Counted from the stretch's first letter, positions 50,825 through 60,750 are shown. The stretch is DNA of 60,925 nt from Rickettsiales bacterium (GCA_027489915.1 JAIXZB010000028.1:1-60925), one strand, 5' to 3'. The notes: generated by a model not told the origin, from the letters alone. A program made the numbers and translations.

Positions 50825-52213
50825 ATGCGCGTTGTCACCCGTTTTGCACCCTCGCCCACTGGATATTTACATATCGGTGGGGCGCGTACTGCCCTGTTTA
50901 ACTGGCTGTTTGCGCGCCACCATGGTGGCATTTTTCGTTTGCGTATTGAGGATACAGATGTGGCACGTTCCACAGATGATGCCAAACGGGCAATTGTGGA
51001 CGGGCTGAATTGGCTTGGGCTGAACTGGGATGACGAGGTGGTGTATCAACTCGCCCGCGCGCCACGCCACCGCCAGGTAGCAGAGGAATTGGTAAAGCTT
51101 GGTGAAGCGTATTATTGTTATGCCACGCAGGAAGAATTGGCTGCGCAGCGCGCTGCGGCGGAGGCGAAAGGTGAAGCGTTTCGCTATAACCGCTTTTGGC
51201 GTGATAAATCTGCTGCGGATGCACCCAAAGACATTCCGCCTGTGATTCGCATTAAAGCGCCGCTTGAAGGGGCGATTGTGGTAAAAGATCTGGTGCAAGG
51301 CGATGTAACCTTCACCGCCGATGCGTTGGATGATTTCATCATTTTGCGCTCCGATGGCACGCCCACTTATATGCATGCGGTAGTGGTGGATGATTTTGAT
51401 ATGGGCGTTACCCACGTGATTCGCGGCGATGACCATTTGAATAACGCAGGGCGACAGATGATTATCTATCAGGCTATGGGCTGGAATGTACCCCATTTTG
51501 CCCATATCCCACTGATTCACGGGCCGGACGGTGCGAAACTCAGCAAACGCCACGGAGCGCTTGGGGTTGAGGCTTACCGTGATTTAGGCTACCTGCCTAA
51601 TGGGATTTGCAATTATTTGTTGCGGCTAGGCTGGGCACATGGCGACGAGGAATTATTAGACCGCGCCCGCGCCACTGCATTGTTCGATATCAATGGTATC
51701 GGCAAAGGGCCTGCGCGCATGGATTTTGCGAAGCTCGATTTCGTGAATGCACATTACATGCGTGAAATGGCAGATGGTGCCATTTTACCTTTAGTCTGCG
51801 ATGCACTCGCTGCGCTTGGTATTGCAACTGATGAACATAAAAAATCTGTGTTACTTAAAGCTATTCCGTTACTTAAATTACGCACCCACACGATTGTTGA
51901 ACTAGCCAAAGCATCGATGTTTTTTCTTGCACAACCAGCGCCTGACGAGAAAGCGCAAGCGGCACTTACAAAGGGTAAAGATAACATTCCACTTATTATT
52001 TTTGCGCTTGAAGAAATGGCTGAACCATGGATTGCTGAATCCGTAAAATCAACTATTGCTGCTGTTGCTGAACAATCGGGAAAAAAGCTGGGCGAGCTTA
52101 TGCCGCCGCTGCGTGCTGGGTTGGTTGGCACAATGAGTGGGCCTGATGTACCTGATATTATTGCAATTCTTGGCAAGCACGAGGTGCTAGCACGGCTAAA
52201 AAACCTGTGCTAA
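50825..52213 (+). CDS. gltX: glutamate--tRNA ligase
   Basis: Has the class I motifs HIGGARTAL and KLSKR. 462 aa. Confidence 0.95.
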   Translation: MRVVTRFAPSPTGYLHIGGARTALFNWLFARHHGGIFRLRIEDTDVARSTDDAKRAIVDGLNWLGLNWDDEVVYQLARAPRHRQVAEELVKLGEAYYCYATQEELAAQRAAAEAKGEAFRYNRFWRDKSAADAPKDIPPVIRIKAPLEGAIVVKDLVQGDVTFTADALDDFIILRSDGTPTYMHAVVVDDFDMGVTHVIRGDDHLNNAGRQMIIYQAMGWNVPHFAHIPLIHGPDGAKLSKRHGALGVEAYRDLGYLPNGICNYLLRLGWAHGDEELLDRARATALFDINGIGKGPARMDFAKLDFVNAHYMREMADGAILPLVCDALAALGIATDEHKKSVLLKAIPLLKLRTHTIVELAKASMFFLAQPAPDEKAQAALTKGKDNIPLIIFALEEMAEPWIAESVKSTIAAVAEQSGKKLGELMPPLRAGLVGTMSGPDVPDIIAILGKHEVLARLKNLC

Positions 52214-52222
52214 TATAAGTTT

Positions 52223-52771
52223 ATGGCTGTGTTACCACTTGTTATTGCGCCCGATGCGCGCCTCAACATTCCCTCGCAAAAGGTGAATGTGGTGGATGAT
52301 GCTGTGCGTACACTTGCCAAAGATATGCTCGATACAATGTATGCGAATGAAGGTATCGGGCTTGCTGCGGTACAAGTAGGCGTTCACAAAAAAGTGATTG
52401 TGGTGGATGTCGGGGTACGCACTGGCACCCCTGCACCTCGCGTATTTATCAATCCTGAAATTATTCAGGAATCGGATGATATTTCTGTGTATAATGAAGG
52501 TTGCTTATCTTTTCCCGATCAGTTTTCGGAAGTGGAGCGTCCTGCGCACATCTCAGTAAAATATCTGGATGAACAGGGTGCAGAACACACGATAAAAGCA
52601 GAGGGTATTCTTGCTACCTGCTTACAGCATGAAATCGACCATACGAATGGTGTGGTGTTTGTAGATCATATCTCCTCTCTCAAGCGCGATATGATTTTGC
52701 GTAAGCTTAAAAAAGCCAAGCGACTTGGGCTTTATGATGAAGCGCCTGAAACTGAGGAGGCAAAGCGCTAG
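52223..52771 (+). CDS. def: peptide deformylase
   Basis: Carries the three motifs GIGLAAVQ, EGCLS and QHEIDH. Confidence 0.95.
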   Translation: MAVLPLVIAPDARLNIPSQKVNVVDDAVRTLAKDMLDTMYANEGIGLAAVQVGVHKKVIVVDVGVRTGTPAPRVFINPEIIQESDDISVYNEGCLSFPDQFSEVERPAHISVKYLDEQGAEHTIKAEGILATCLQHEIDHTNGVVFVDHISSLKRDMILRKLKKAKRLGLYDEAPETEEAKR

Positions 52772-52852
52772 CGTGTTATCCACCCTACCCTAGCTTTTAC
52801 TGGAAGCACTCTGTGCTATGATGTATTGCTTGGAATAACGGGAGAGACTTCC

Positions 52853-53350
52853 ATGCGCGTATTGCTTTTAATTACCTGTTTGTGTTTCACGCCATCGCTT
52901 GCGCTGGCGCAGCTTGTAATACAGCAAGGCAAACCCGTGAGTGACGCAGCAGCGAATGATACTTCGATTGCGCCAATTGCAAATGATGACGGCACAGGGC
53001 CGGTGGAAGCGGTGATTCAGGGAACCAATTTTCCCGCTAAAGCGATAACTCCTGTTGGCCCAACGCCTGCTGGGCGTAGCAGCGTGGAGCCTGTGAATGT
53101 GGCAAAGCGTAAAATTATTACGAACGACAACCCACTATGGCCAACAGATACAGTGGATATATTTGTGAGCGCCTGCTCAAGCATGCGGCCACAGCTTATG
53201 CCACTATGCAGCTGTGTGATTGAAAAACTGGCAGTGAATATGAAGCATAATGAATTCATTGCGCTTTCGGAAGTGAATGCTGTGGAGCAAGACCCGCGCT
53301 ATCTCGCTGCGCGAGAAGCATGTGTTCCGCGCGATGCGGTGGCGAAATAA
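52853..53350 (+). CDS. hypothetical secreted protein
   Basis: The ATG at 52853 has GGGAGAG upstream. A signal peptide (MRVLLLITCLCFTPSLALAQ) is followed by four Cys residues in the mature part. I recognise no family. The track ORF starts at 52826. Confidence 0.55.
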   Translation: MRVLLLITCLCFTPSLALAQLVIQQGKPVSDAAANDTSIAPIANDDGTGPVEAVIQGTNFPAKAITPVGPTPAGRSSVEPVNVAKRKIITNDNPLWPTDTVDIFVSACSSMRPQLMPLCSCVIEKLAVNMKHNEFIALSEVNAVEQDPRYLAAREACVPRDAVAK

Positions 53351-53351
53351 C

Positions 53352-54278
53352 ATGGCGGCGCTGCGCATTGTATTTATGGGTACTCCTGCATTTGCGGTGC
53401 CTACATTGCAAGGGCTGCTCTCTTCAGAACATACGGTGGTTGCGGTCTATAGCCAACCGCCAAGGCCTGCGGGGCGTGGGCAGAAACTTACACCATCAGC
53501 CGTACATCAGCTCGCGCAATCGCGCGATATTGCTGTGTTCACCCCTACCAGCCTGAAAACATCTGAGGCGCAAGAAATCTTTCGTTCGCATCAAGCGGAT
53601 ATTGCGGTGGTTGCGGCGTATGGACTGTTATTACCACAAGCGATTCTGGATGCCCCCAAGCTTGGCTGCATTAATGTGCATCCCTCTGCGCTGCCTCGCT
53701 GGAGAGGTGCAGCGCCGATTCAGCGCACGCTTATGGCAGGCGATAGCCACACAGAAGGCTGCATCATGCAAATGGAAGTGGGAATGGATACAGGGCCTGT
53801 GCTAATGCGCGAGGCATTTGCCATTCCGCCTGATATGAATGCTACGGGCCTATATAATGCTATGGCAGCACTTGGAGGTGCACTCACAATGCGTACGCTC
53901 GAAGTGCTGGATACGCTTAGCGCCACTCCGCAAAGCAGTGTTGAGGTTACCCATGCTGCGAAAATCACGAAGGATGATCAACCGATTATGTGGAGTCGCG
54001 AGGCTTCTTCTACCCTGCATCAGATTCGTGGGCTGTCATTCAACCCTGCGGCCACATTTAGGTTTGCGGGCGAAACGCTTAAGGTTACGCGTGCTGCGGT
54101 GATAACATCGCCACACATGGCCGCGGCTGGTACGCTGATTAGCGATACGGGTATTGTGGCCTGTGCTCGCGGTACGGCTCTGCAATTGCTCGAATTACAG
54201 CGCGCAGGAAAACCACGCATGGCGATTGAAGAGTTTCTGCGGGGATTTCCAATGCCACGTGGTACGGTGCTTACCTAA
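53352..54278 (+). CDS. fmt: methionyl-tRNA formyltransferase
   Basis: Contains RIVFMGTPAFAVP and NVHPSALPRWRGAAPIQR. The start is the ATG 1 nt after the upstream stop. The track ORF starts at 53277. Confidence 0.9.
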   Translation: MAALRIVFMGTPAFAVPTLQGLLSSEHTVVAVYSQPPRPAGRGQKLTPSAVHQLAQSRDIAVFTPTSLKTSEAQEIFRSHQADIAVVAAYGLLLPQAILDAPKLGCINVHPSALPRWRGAAPIQRTLMAGDSHTEGCIMQMEVGMDTGPVLMREAFAIPPDMNATGLYNAMAALGGALTMRTLEVLDTLSATPQSSVEVTHAAKITKDDQPIMWSREASSTLHQIRGLSFNPAATFRFAGETLKVTRAAVITSPHMAAAGTLISDTGIVACARGTALQLLELQRAGKPRMAIEEFLRGFPMPRGTVLT

Positions 54279-55015
54279 TGCCACGCTTCAAACTCACCAT
54301 TGAATATGACGGCACACCCTATGCAGGGTGGCAGAAGCAGGATCACATGCCGAGCGTGCAAACCGTTCTAGAAGGCGCGATAGAACAATTTTCTCAAACA
54401 CATTGCCCACTTATTGCCGCAGGGCGCACCGATTCAGGTGTGCATGCAACAGGTCAAGTGGTGCATGTAGATTTACCGAAAGATTACCCTACATTCAACA
54501 TTCGTCAGGGCATTAATTTTTATCTGATTGGTGAAAAAATTGTGGTGCTAGCGGCAGAAAAAGTGGCGGATGATTTTCATGCGCGGTTTGACGCTAAACG
54601 CAGGCATTATATTTATCGCATTGTGAACCGTTCTGCACCACTTGCTGTGGATGCACTGCGCGCTTGGCACGTGCACAAAAAACTTAATATTGAAGCCATG
54701 CGCGAGGGCGCAATGCATCTTATCGGTCATCATGATTTCTCGAGTTTTCGGGCTTCAACCTGTCAATCGCCCTCGCCCATTAAAACGATGGAAGCAATTG
54801 ATATTCTGCATGAACACGAGGATGTGTCGATTCATGTATCAGCACGTTCGTTTCTGCATCATCAGGTACGTAATATTGTTGGCACACTTTGCCTAGTGGG
54901 TGCGGGTAAATGGAGTGCTGAACGTGTAAAAGCAGCGCGAGATATGAAAGACAGACGTGCTGGCGGTCCAACTGCGCCTGCACACGGTCTGTATTTCACT
55001 CGGGTTGAGTATTAG
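54278..55015 (+). CDS. truA: tRNA pseudouridine(38-40) synthase
   Basis: Contains YDGTPYAGWQKQ and GRTDSGVHA. There is a TAATG overlap with fmt. Confidence 0.9.
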   Translation: MPRFKLTIEYDGTPYAGWQKQDHMPSVQTVLEGAIEQFSQTHCPLIAAGRTDSGVHATGQVVHVDLPKDYPTFNIRQGINFYLIGEKIVVLAAEKVADDFHARFDAKRRHYIYRIVNRSAPLAVDALRAWHVHKKLNIEAMREGAMHLIGHHDFSSFRASTCQSPSPIKTMEAIDILHEHEDVSIHVSARSFLHHQVRNIVGTLCLVGAGKWSAERVKAARDMKDRRAGGPTAPAHGLYFTRVEY

Positions 55016-56157
55016 GACGCAAAAAATCTAGCGATGAAGCGTTCGTATATGCGGGTTAAATCCTCCAGCACTGCGACACTCACATGTTCATCCACCATGT
55101 GCGGGGTGTGACCTGTGGTACCGAATTCGATGACAGGACAGATGTCTTTAATAAACCGTGCATCGGAAGTGCCACCTGTGGTTGAAAGCACAGGTATAAG
55201 GCCAGTGACTTCCTGTGCAGCTGCGACCATGTGTGCGGCAAGATCTGGGTTATGATTTAAAAACGCATCGCCAGTGTAGCGCACATCGATGCTATATTTA
55301 CCTGCGGCAAACTGTGCGCAGGTGGCATGCAGCCATGCCTCGATAGAATCCCGTGTATGGTGGGTGTTGAAGCGAATATTGCACTTTGCTGAAGCGCGCG
55401 CAGGAATGACATTCACAGTGGGATTGCCGACATCGACGCTCGTGATTTCCAAATTGCTGGGGGGGAAATGCTCGGTCCCCTCATCAAGCGTGTGGGATTT
55501 GAGTGCGTGAAGGATGGTAATGAGTGATGTAACGGGATTTTCTGCACGCTCGGGGTAAGCCACGTGACCTTGCTTGCCTTCTGTAGTGATAGTGAAAGAA
55601 ATGCTGCCACGTCGGCCAATTTTTACCATTTCGCCAAGTTTTTCAGGGTTGGTGGGCTCGCCGACTATGCAAGCATCTATCACTTCGCCTTTGGCCTTTA
55701 ACCAATCGAGCATTTTGCGAGTGCCATTGATGGCGATACCTTCTTCATCCTGCGTGATGAGGAAGCTTAGTGAACCTTTTATGCTTTCTGATGAAATCAC
55801 TTGAGCAGTGGCTGCAATAAATGCGGCGATGGCGCCCTTCATATCTTCAGCACCACGACCATAAAGCACGCCCGCATGAATTTCTGCGCCAAAGGGCGGG
55901 AATTTCCATGCAGCTGCGTCACCTACAGGCACCACATCAGTATGACCTGCGAAACACAAATTGGGGGCAGAAGTGCCGTAACGCGCATAGAGGTTTTCAA
56001 CAGATTCTGTGCCCGCTTCTTCGAAGGTGACGCGGTGCACGGTGAAGCCCAGTGGCACGAGGGCTGCTTCAATTACCGATAGTGCGCCTGCCTCTACTGG
56101 CGTTACGCTTGGGCAGCGAATCAATGCCTGCGTGAGTGTTATGACATCCAAACTCAT
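55012..56157 (-). CDS. dapE: succinyl-diaminopimelate desuccinylase (M20)
   Basis: 381 aa with GHTDVVP and QDEEG motifs, adjacent to dapD. Confidence 0.9.
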   Translation of the reverse strand: MSLDVITLTQALIRCPSVTPVEAGALSVIEAALVPLGFTVHRVTFEEAGTESVENLYARYGTSAPNLCFAGHTDVVPVGDAAAWKFPPFGAEIHAGVLYGRGAEDMKGAIAAFIAATAQVISSESIKGSLSFLITQDEEGIAINGTRKMLDWLKAKGEVIDACIVGEPTNPEKLGEMVKIGRRGSISFTITTEGKQGHVAYPERAENPVTSLITILHALKSHTLDEGTEHFPPSNLEITSVDVGNPTVNVIPARASAKCNIRFNTHHTRDSIEAWLHATCAQFAAGKYSIDVRYTGDAFLNHNPDLAAHMVAAAQEVTGLIPVLSTTGGTSDARFIKDICPVIEFGTTGHTPHMVDEHVSVAVLEDLTRIYERFIARFFAS

Positions 56158-56996
56158 TAGTCGCGCAGTAATTCGTTGACGGAAGTTTTGGCGCGGGTTT
56201 TTTCATCCACGCGTTTGACGATAACCGCGCAATAGAGCGATGGATCGGTGGGGTTTTTACCTGGTAATGTGCCTGGCACCACTACCGAATAGGCCGGTAC
56301 ACGGCCCATATGGATTTCACCTGTTGCACGGTCTACAATTTTTGTGGATGCACCTAGATACACGCCCATGGAGAGTACGGAACCTTCCTCGACTATCACG
56401 CCTTCGGCTACCTCAGCACGCGCACCGATAAAGCAATTATCTTCGATTATAACGGGGTTAGCTTGCAAAGGTTCTAGCACACCGCCAATACCTGCTCCGC
56501 CCGAGATGTGGCAATGCTTGCCGATTTGTGCGCAGGAGCCAACGGTTGCCCATGTATCTATCATGCTGCCCTCGCCTACATACGCACCGAGATTGACGAA
56601 GCTTGGCATCAGTACCACGTTTGGCGCAATGAATGCGCTATGGCGCACTACTGCGCCGGGAACCAAGCGAAAGCCTGCTTGTTTAAACTGTTCTTCGCTC
56701 CAGTTTTTGGTTTTGAGGGGCACTTTATCGTACCAGCCATGAGTGGCGCTGAGCACAGTGTTGGGATTGAGGCGGAAAGACAGCAGAATCGCTTGTTTAA
56801 TCCATTGGTTCACTACCCAGCCGCTTGATTGCTTCTCACACACGCGGATTTCACCTGCGTCGAGCGCATTGAGCGTTGCATCAACGGCATCACGCACTTC
56901 ACCTGTAGTGGCGTTACCTATGCTATCGCGCCCATCCCATGCACGGTTGACGATGGTTACGAGTGATTCGGTGGCGAGTTTTGGCATGGCAGACAT
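56157..56996 (-). CDS. dapD: 2,3,4,5-tetrahydropyridine-2,6-dicarboxylate N-succinyltransferase
   Basis: 279 aa with left-handed beta-helix hexapeptide repeats and a DapD-type N-domain. Confidence 0.9.
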   Translation of the reverse strand: MSAMPKLATESLVTIVNRAWDGRDSIGNATTGEVRDAVDATLNALDAGEIRVCEKQSSGWVVNQWIKQAILLSFRLNPNTVLSATHGWYDKVPLKTKNWSEEQFKQAGFRLVPGAVVRHSAFIAPNVVLMPSFVNLGAYVGEGSMIDTWATVGSCAQIGKHCHISGGAGIGGVLEPLQANPVIIEDNCFIGARAEVAEGVIVEEGSVLSMGVYLGASTKIVDRATGEIHMGRVPAYSVVVPGTLPGKNPTDPSLYCAVIVKRVDEKTRAKTSVNELLRD

Positions 56997-57079
56997 GAGG
57001 CTCCTTATGCGGTGTGGCTACTTGTGTTTTTTCGAGTAACCCTTATATCACCCTTAAGTAAAGTGAAATTGAGGAAAAC

Positions 57080-57637
57080 ATGTTTATTCAAACCGAAGCC
57101 ACTCCTAACCCCAATACCATGAAATTCCTACCCGGGCAGGATGTTCTGGGTACGGGAACTGCGTTTTTTACCGACCGCGAAACGGCGGCAAAATCCCCCA
57201 TGGCTGCGGCATTGTTTGAAATTTCGGATGTGCGCGCTGTTTTTTATGGCTCGGATTTTATCACTGTCACCAAGGCCGATCATGCGGCGTGGGAGGTGAT
57301 GAAGCCGCTGATTTTAACCACGGTAATGGAGCACTACACTTCCGGCTCGCCTCTGATTGCGGAAGCAACCGCTAAAGCGGCAGCAAAAAGCAATTACAGC
57401 GCTGAAGATCAAGAAATCGTAGATCACATCAAAGAGCTGATTGATACACGTGTGCGGCCAGCCGTGGCTATGGATGGCGGCGATATTGTGTTCCACTCGT
57501 TTGAGGACGGAATTGTGAAACTTGAAATGCATGGCGCCTGTTCGGGTTGCCCCAGCTCGACCGCTACACTCAAACAGGGTATTGAAAACATGCTCAAGCA
57601 CTATGTGCCTGAGGTAATTGCGGTAGAACCTGCTTAA
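57080..57637 (+). CDS. NifU-family Fe-S scaffold/carrier (Nfu_N + NifU C-domain)
   Basis: Starts MFIQTEATPNPNTMKF (Nfu_N) and carries the C-terminal CSGC motif. Confidence 0.85.
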   Translation: MFIQTEATPNPNTMKFLPGQDVLGTGTAFFTDRETAAKSPMAAALFEISDVRAVFYGSDFITVTKADHAAWEVMKPLILTTVMEHYTSGSPLIAEATAKAAAKSNYSAEDQEIVDHIKELIDTRVRPAVAMDGGDIVFHSFEDGIVKLEMHGACSGCPSSTATLKQGIENMLKHYVPEVIAVEPA

Positions 57638-57645
57638 GACAAAAA

Positions 57646-58002
57646 TTACGCCGAAATATCGAGCAGAGCTTTATCAAGTTCTTTTTGAACCTGAAGTACT
57701 TTGAGATTGGCTTTAAAATCATAACCAGCACTGACCTGATTTACGACTTCCTGATCGAGCGAAACATTTGGAACCTGAACTGTTTCACCACTGCCATCGG
57801 GCGATGGAGCAGATAAGGTCGCAGGGTTCTTGGTGCGTATATCGACAATAACACCGCCAGTATCTGAAGCTTTGGCTGTGACTTCCTGAGCCTTAAAATC
57901 GTAAGTGGAGCTATTAGCAACATTATTGGCACTTACACCAAGGCGGGTTTCGGATGCACGAAGGCCTGAAAGTGCGGTCGCATAGACGTTGCCTGAAATC
58001 AT
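57646..58002 (-). CDS. FlgC-like flagellar basal-body rod family protein (short, solitary)
   Basis: The N-terminus ALSGLRASETRLGVSANNVANSST matches the rod-protein N-terminal motif. The C-terminus PNVSLDQEVVNQVSAGYDFKANLKVL matches the FlgC C-terminal pattern. It is only 118 aa. Confidence 0.6.
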   Translation of the reverse strand: MISGNVYATALSGLRASETRLGVSANNVANSSTYDFKAQEVTAKASDTGGVIVDIRTKNPATLSAPSPDGSGETVQVPNVSLDQEVVNQVSAGYDFKANLKVLQVQKELDKALLDISA

Positions 58003-58120
58003 TTTGAATCGCTCCAGCGTGTTTTTTTATTCCTTTCATTATATATCAATAAAAGGTTAACGCGGGGTAAATTATGCCTACAATTTTAGGGTTTAGGCTG
58101 AATTTTTTAGAATGTGGGAT

Positions 58121-58681
58121 TTACATCATCCCTGTACCTGCCTCAGCGTCGCTCCATAACGGGTAGCTACGGCTGTTAAAAAGCTGATAATGCCACCATT
58201 CATTGCGGTAAAAATCCCAGCCGGCGGTGGTCATAATTCCCATGAGCAACAAACGGTTTTTTTGTGCTTCGGGGCTGATCTCTGGGTTGCCGTGGTGCGA
58301 AAGTGGTGTGAAGGCATCGAAAGCTGTGCCCATATCGAGCTCTGCTCCATCTAGCGTACAAAGATTCAAATCAATCGCCACGCCGCGAGAATGGGGTGAG
58401 CCTTTCGCGGGATCGGCGAGGAAATTAGGGTCAGGCGTATGTTCCCACAACTTCCATTGTGCTTCGCTTGGGCGGTAGGCATCGAACACGCGAAATTTAA
58501 GGTTTTGGGTACGGGCTAAGACAACAGCACGCTTCAATGCAGCGGCTGCTTCGGGGTGCAGATAGCATTTTGCAGCGCTATATACAGGCTTTCCAGTGAA
58601 GTTATTCGGTGTCGCATAGGCGATGTCTATCCACACATCGTATTCAGATTCGCTGATTTCTATGAGCTGATGTTCACTCAT
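58121..58681 (-). CDS. ddpX: D-alanyl-D-alanine dipeptidase (M15D, VanX/DdpX-like)
   Basis: Has the zinc-ligand motifs SPHSRGVAIDL and EWWHY. I start at the ATG (MSEHQL...) 1 nt after the upstream stop. The track ORF extends to 58717. Confidence 0.8.
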   Translation of the reverse strand: MSEHQLIEISESEYDVWIDIAYATPNNFTGKPVYSAAKCYLHPEAAAALKRAVVLARTQNLKFRVFDAYRPSEAQWKLWEHTPDPNFLADPAKGSPHSRGVAIDLNLCTLDGAELDMGTAFDAFTPLSHHGNPEISPEAQKNRLLLMGIMTTAGWDFYRNEWWHYQLFNSRSYPLWSDAEAGTGMM

Positions 58682-58682
58682 G

Positions 58683-59492
58683 CTAGCCTCCATGCAGCTT
58701 GGTGAGTGCCTCGCCAATAATGCGTTCGCAGGTTTGGCTTAACTCTTTGCGTGAGCCGCCCACCGGCAAAATCTGTGCGGCGTGGAACTGCACGACTACT
58801 CCCACGGAAGGGAGTTTTAGGAAGCGCCAAAAATGATCAAAAAACGTGTCATCTCCCACCCACGCCACACGGTCGCGCCAATGAGGGAGTATTGGCATAT
58901 CGCCAATGCGGGTGAAAGCAAGGGTGACAGGCTGCACAGGTAATATATCTTCGCCCGCTTCGGTTTCGGCTAAACTGAAAAAGCCGCTTTTGAAATGCCT
59001 TACACCGCTATTATCGCTTGTGGTTCCTTCGGGAAAGAGGCAAAGAATTTTATCGCTATTTAAACGCTTACGCATGGAATCGCGCGCTTCTTGCATGTAG
59101 GCAGGCTTGCGTTCAACGAACACACAATCGGCAAGCACACACATAAATCCCACCACCGGCCAGCTGCGCACTTCGCGCTTGGGGGTGAAGGAAATGGGGG
59201 CAATGCTTCCCAGTACAAATACATCGAGATAGCCTGCATGGTTAGCGACCATCATGAGAGGGCGCGCAGTATCGATGCTGCCGATGATAGAAAAATGCAG
59301 CCCAATAATGCGGCTGATGAGCTTCAAAAATCCCTGCACAAAACGGGCGCGAGTGCGATCCAAACGTAGTGCCCACAAGAGTGTGGTGGGAGGAAAAGCC
59401 AATAACAACACCACGACAAGCGCCACGGTGCGAACTAAAGCACGCATGCGTGATAAGGGAGGCTTAGATAATTCGGTAGATTCGGGCTGCAC
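58683..59492 (-). CDS. olsA: lysophospholipid acyltransferase family protein (OlsA-like)
   Basis: Has HX4D (NHAGYLD) and FPEGTTS motifs and an N-terminal TM segment. It lies directly downstream of an OlsB-like gene. Confidence 0.7.
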   Translation of the reverse strand: MQPESTELSKPPLSRMRALVRTVALVVVLLLAFPPTTLLWALRLDRTRARFVQGFLKLISRIIGLHFSIIGSIDTARPLMMVANHAGYLDVFVLGSIAPISFTPKREVRSWPVVGFMCVLADCVFVERKPAYMQEARDSMRKRLNSDKILCLFPEGTTSDNSGVRHFKSGFFSLAETEAGEDILPVQPVTLAFTRIGDMPILPHWRDRVAWVGDDTFFDHFWRFLKLPSVGVVVQFHAAQILPVGGSRKELSQTCERIIGEALTKLHGG

Positions 59493-59494
59493 TT

Positions 59495-60361
59495 TTATGC
59501 CTGCTCTGGTGTGTAACGATCGCTGTATTTGCCCGTTATCAGATCTGTTTTTACGATAATTCCAACATCGGTCGTGTTATAATCACGATCAATGACAGCC
59601 CCCTCACCTACAAATCCCCCCAACCTTAAATAGCCCTTAATTAACGGAGGCAGCGATGCCAACGTTCTTTTGACATCAAGAGACTCTTTAGGGAAACAGT
59701 TCATTTCGACATATTGGTCTGCGAGGGCACGCACACGCAATTCGGGCGGTGCGAGATGATAATGATACAGATACGACAGTGCAGCTGAGTGTTTTTCCAC
59801 ATCTATGCCGTATAGGCTCGCGCAGCCAAACATGAGCTCTACATTCTGTGCTGTGACGTAAGCCCCAATACCGCGCCATAAAAGCTGCATAGCGGCACGG
59901 CTTCTGTATTCCACATCCACGCAGGAACGTCCAAGTTCGAGGATTTGCCCCTTCTGCGCTTTTAGTGCTGAAATATCGAATTCGGTCTCGCTGTAAAAGT
60001 GGCCGATGGGTTGCATGCGGGTTCGGGTGAGCAAACGGTATGTGCCTACAATCGCGTCATCACCTTGCTTATTGCGGTCGATAACCAGCATGTGCTCGCA
60101 CACTTCATCGAACTTGTCAAAATCACGCTTCTGCGCCATCACTTCGGCATTCGCTTTTGCACCTAACTCATCGCAAAAAATGCGGAAACGCAGGCGCTGA
60201 GCAAGGTCTATTTCACGTGCGGTTTCGGCAATGCGAACAATCAGATTACCAGCTTCCAGTGGCTCGAATGGTTGAGCGTATGTATGTGCTTCTGTCACTG
60301 TACCTTTGTGGGTTGTGGCATTATTCAGGCTTTCTTTTCTTTGGAATCGAGCGGCACGCAA
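59495..60361 (-). CDS. olsB: GNAT-family N-acyltransferase (ornithine lipid synthase OlsB-like)
   Basis: The call rests on the region from LIVRIAETAREIDLAQRLRFRIF onward and on its pairing with the acyltransferase. The TTG track start overlaps fur by 37 nt. An in-frame GTG at 60298 would avoid the overlap. Confidence 0.7.
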   Translation of the reverse strand: MRAARFQRKESLNNATTHKGTVTEAHTYAQPFEPLEAGNLIVRIAETAREIDLAQRLRFRIFCDELGAKANAEVMAQKRDFDKFDEVCEHMLVIDRNKQGDDAIVGTYRLLTRTRMQPIGHFYSETEFDISALKAQKGQILELGRSCVDVEYRSRAAMQLLWRGIGAYVTAQNVELMFGCASLYGIDVEKHSAALSYLYHYHLAPPELRVRALADQYVEMNCFPKESLDVKRTLASLPPLIKGYLRLGGFVGEGAVIDRDYNTTDVGIIVKTDLITGKYSDRYTPEQA

Positions 60362-60750
60362 TATAGTTCTAAGCGGTGATCGACCAATTTGTAGCCATGC
60401 TCTCGCGCGATGCGCTCTTGCAATTGCTCAATTTCTTCATTGGTGAACTCAATCACTTTGCCAGAGCGCAGGTCAATCAAATGATCGTGATGGGTTTCGG
60501 GTGCTTCTTCATAGCGCGAACGGCCATCGCCAAAATCGTGGCGTTCAATGATTCCCGCCTCTTCGAACAATTTTACGGTGCGGTAAATGGTAGCAACGGA
60601 AATCTTGGAATCCACCTTTACTGCACGCGCATAGAGCATCTCCACATCAGGATGATCGTTGGAGTTTGCAAGCACGCGCGCAATGACCCGCCGTTGTTCG
60701 GTCATCTTCAGGCCTTTTTCTGCGCAGCGTTTTTCCAGATTAACTGGCAT
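60325..60750 (-). CDS. fur: Fur-family transcriptional regulator
   Basis: 141 aa with a winged-helix N-domain (ISVATIYRTVKLFEEAGI) and the metal site HHDHLID. I cannot tell from sequence whether it acts as Fur, Mur or Zur. Confidence 0.8.
   Translation of the reverse strand: MPVNLEKRCAEKGLKMTEQRRVIARVLANSNDHPDVEMLYARAVKVDSKISVATIYRTVKLFEEAGIIERHDFGDGRSRYEEAPETHHDHLIDLRSGKVIEFTNEEIEQLQERIAREHGYKLVDHRLELYCVPLDSKEKKA

Noticed and set aside
58057-58071. A CtrA box upstream of the FlgC-like gene.
   Set aside because: It is only TTAA-N7-TAAA, i.e. one half-site is imperfect. I mention it in the FlgC finding but do not call it a site.
60298-60361. A 37-nt same-strand overlap of the olsB-like ORF with the fur 3' end, as a possible frameshift or fusion.
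   Set aside because: The overlap depends on a TTG start. An in-frame GTG at 60298 preceded by AAAGG removes it, and both proteins are complete. This is most likely just start-codon ambiguity.
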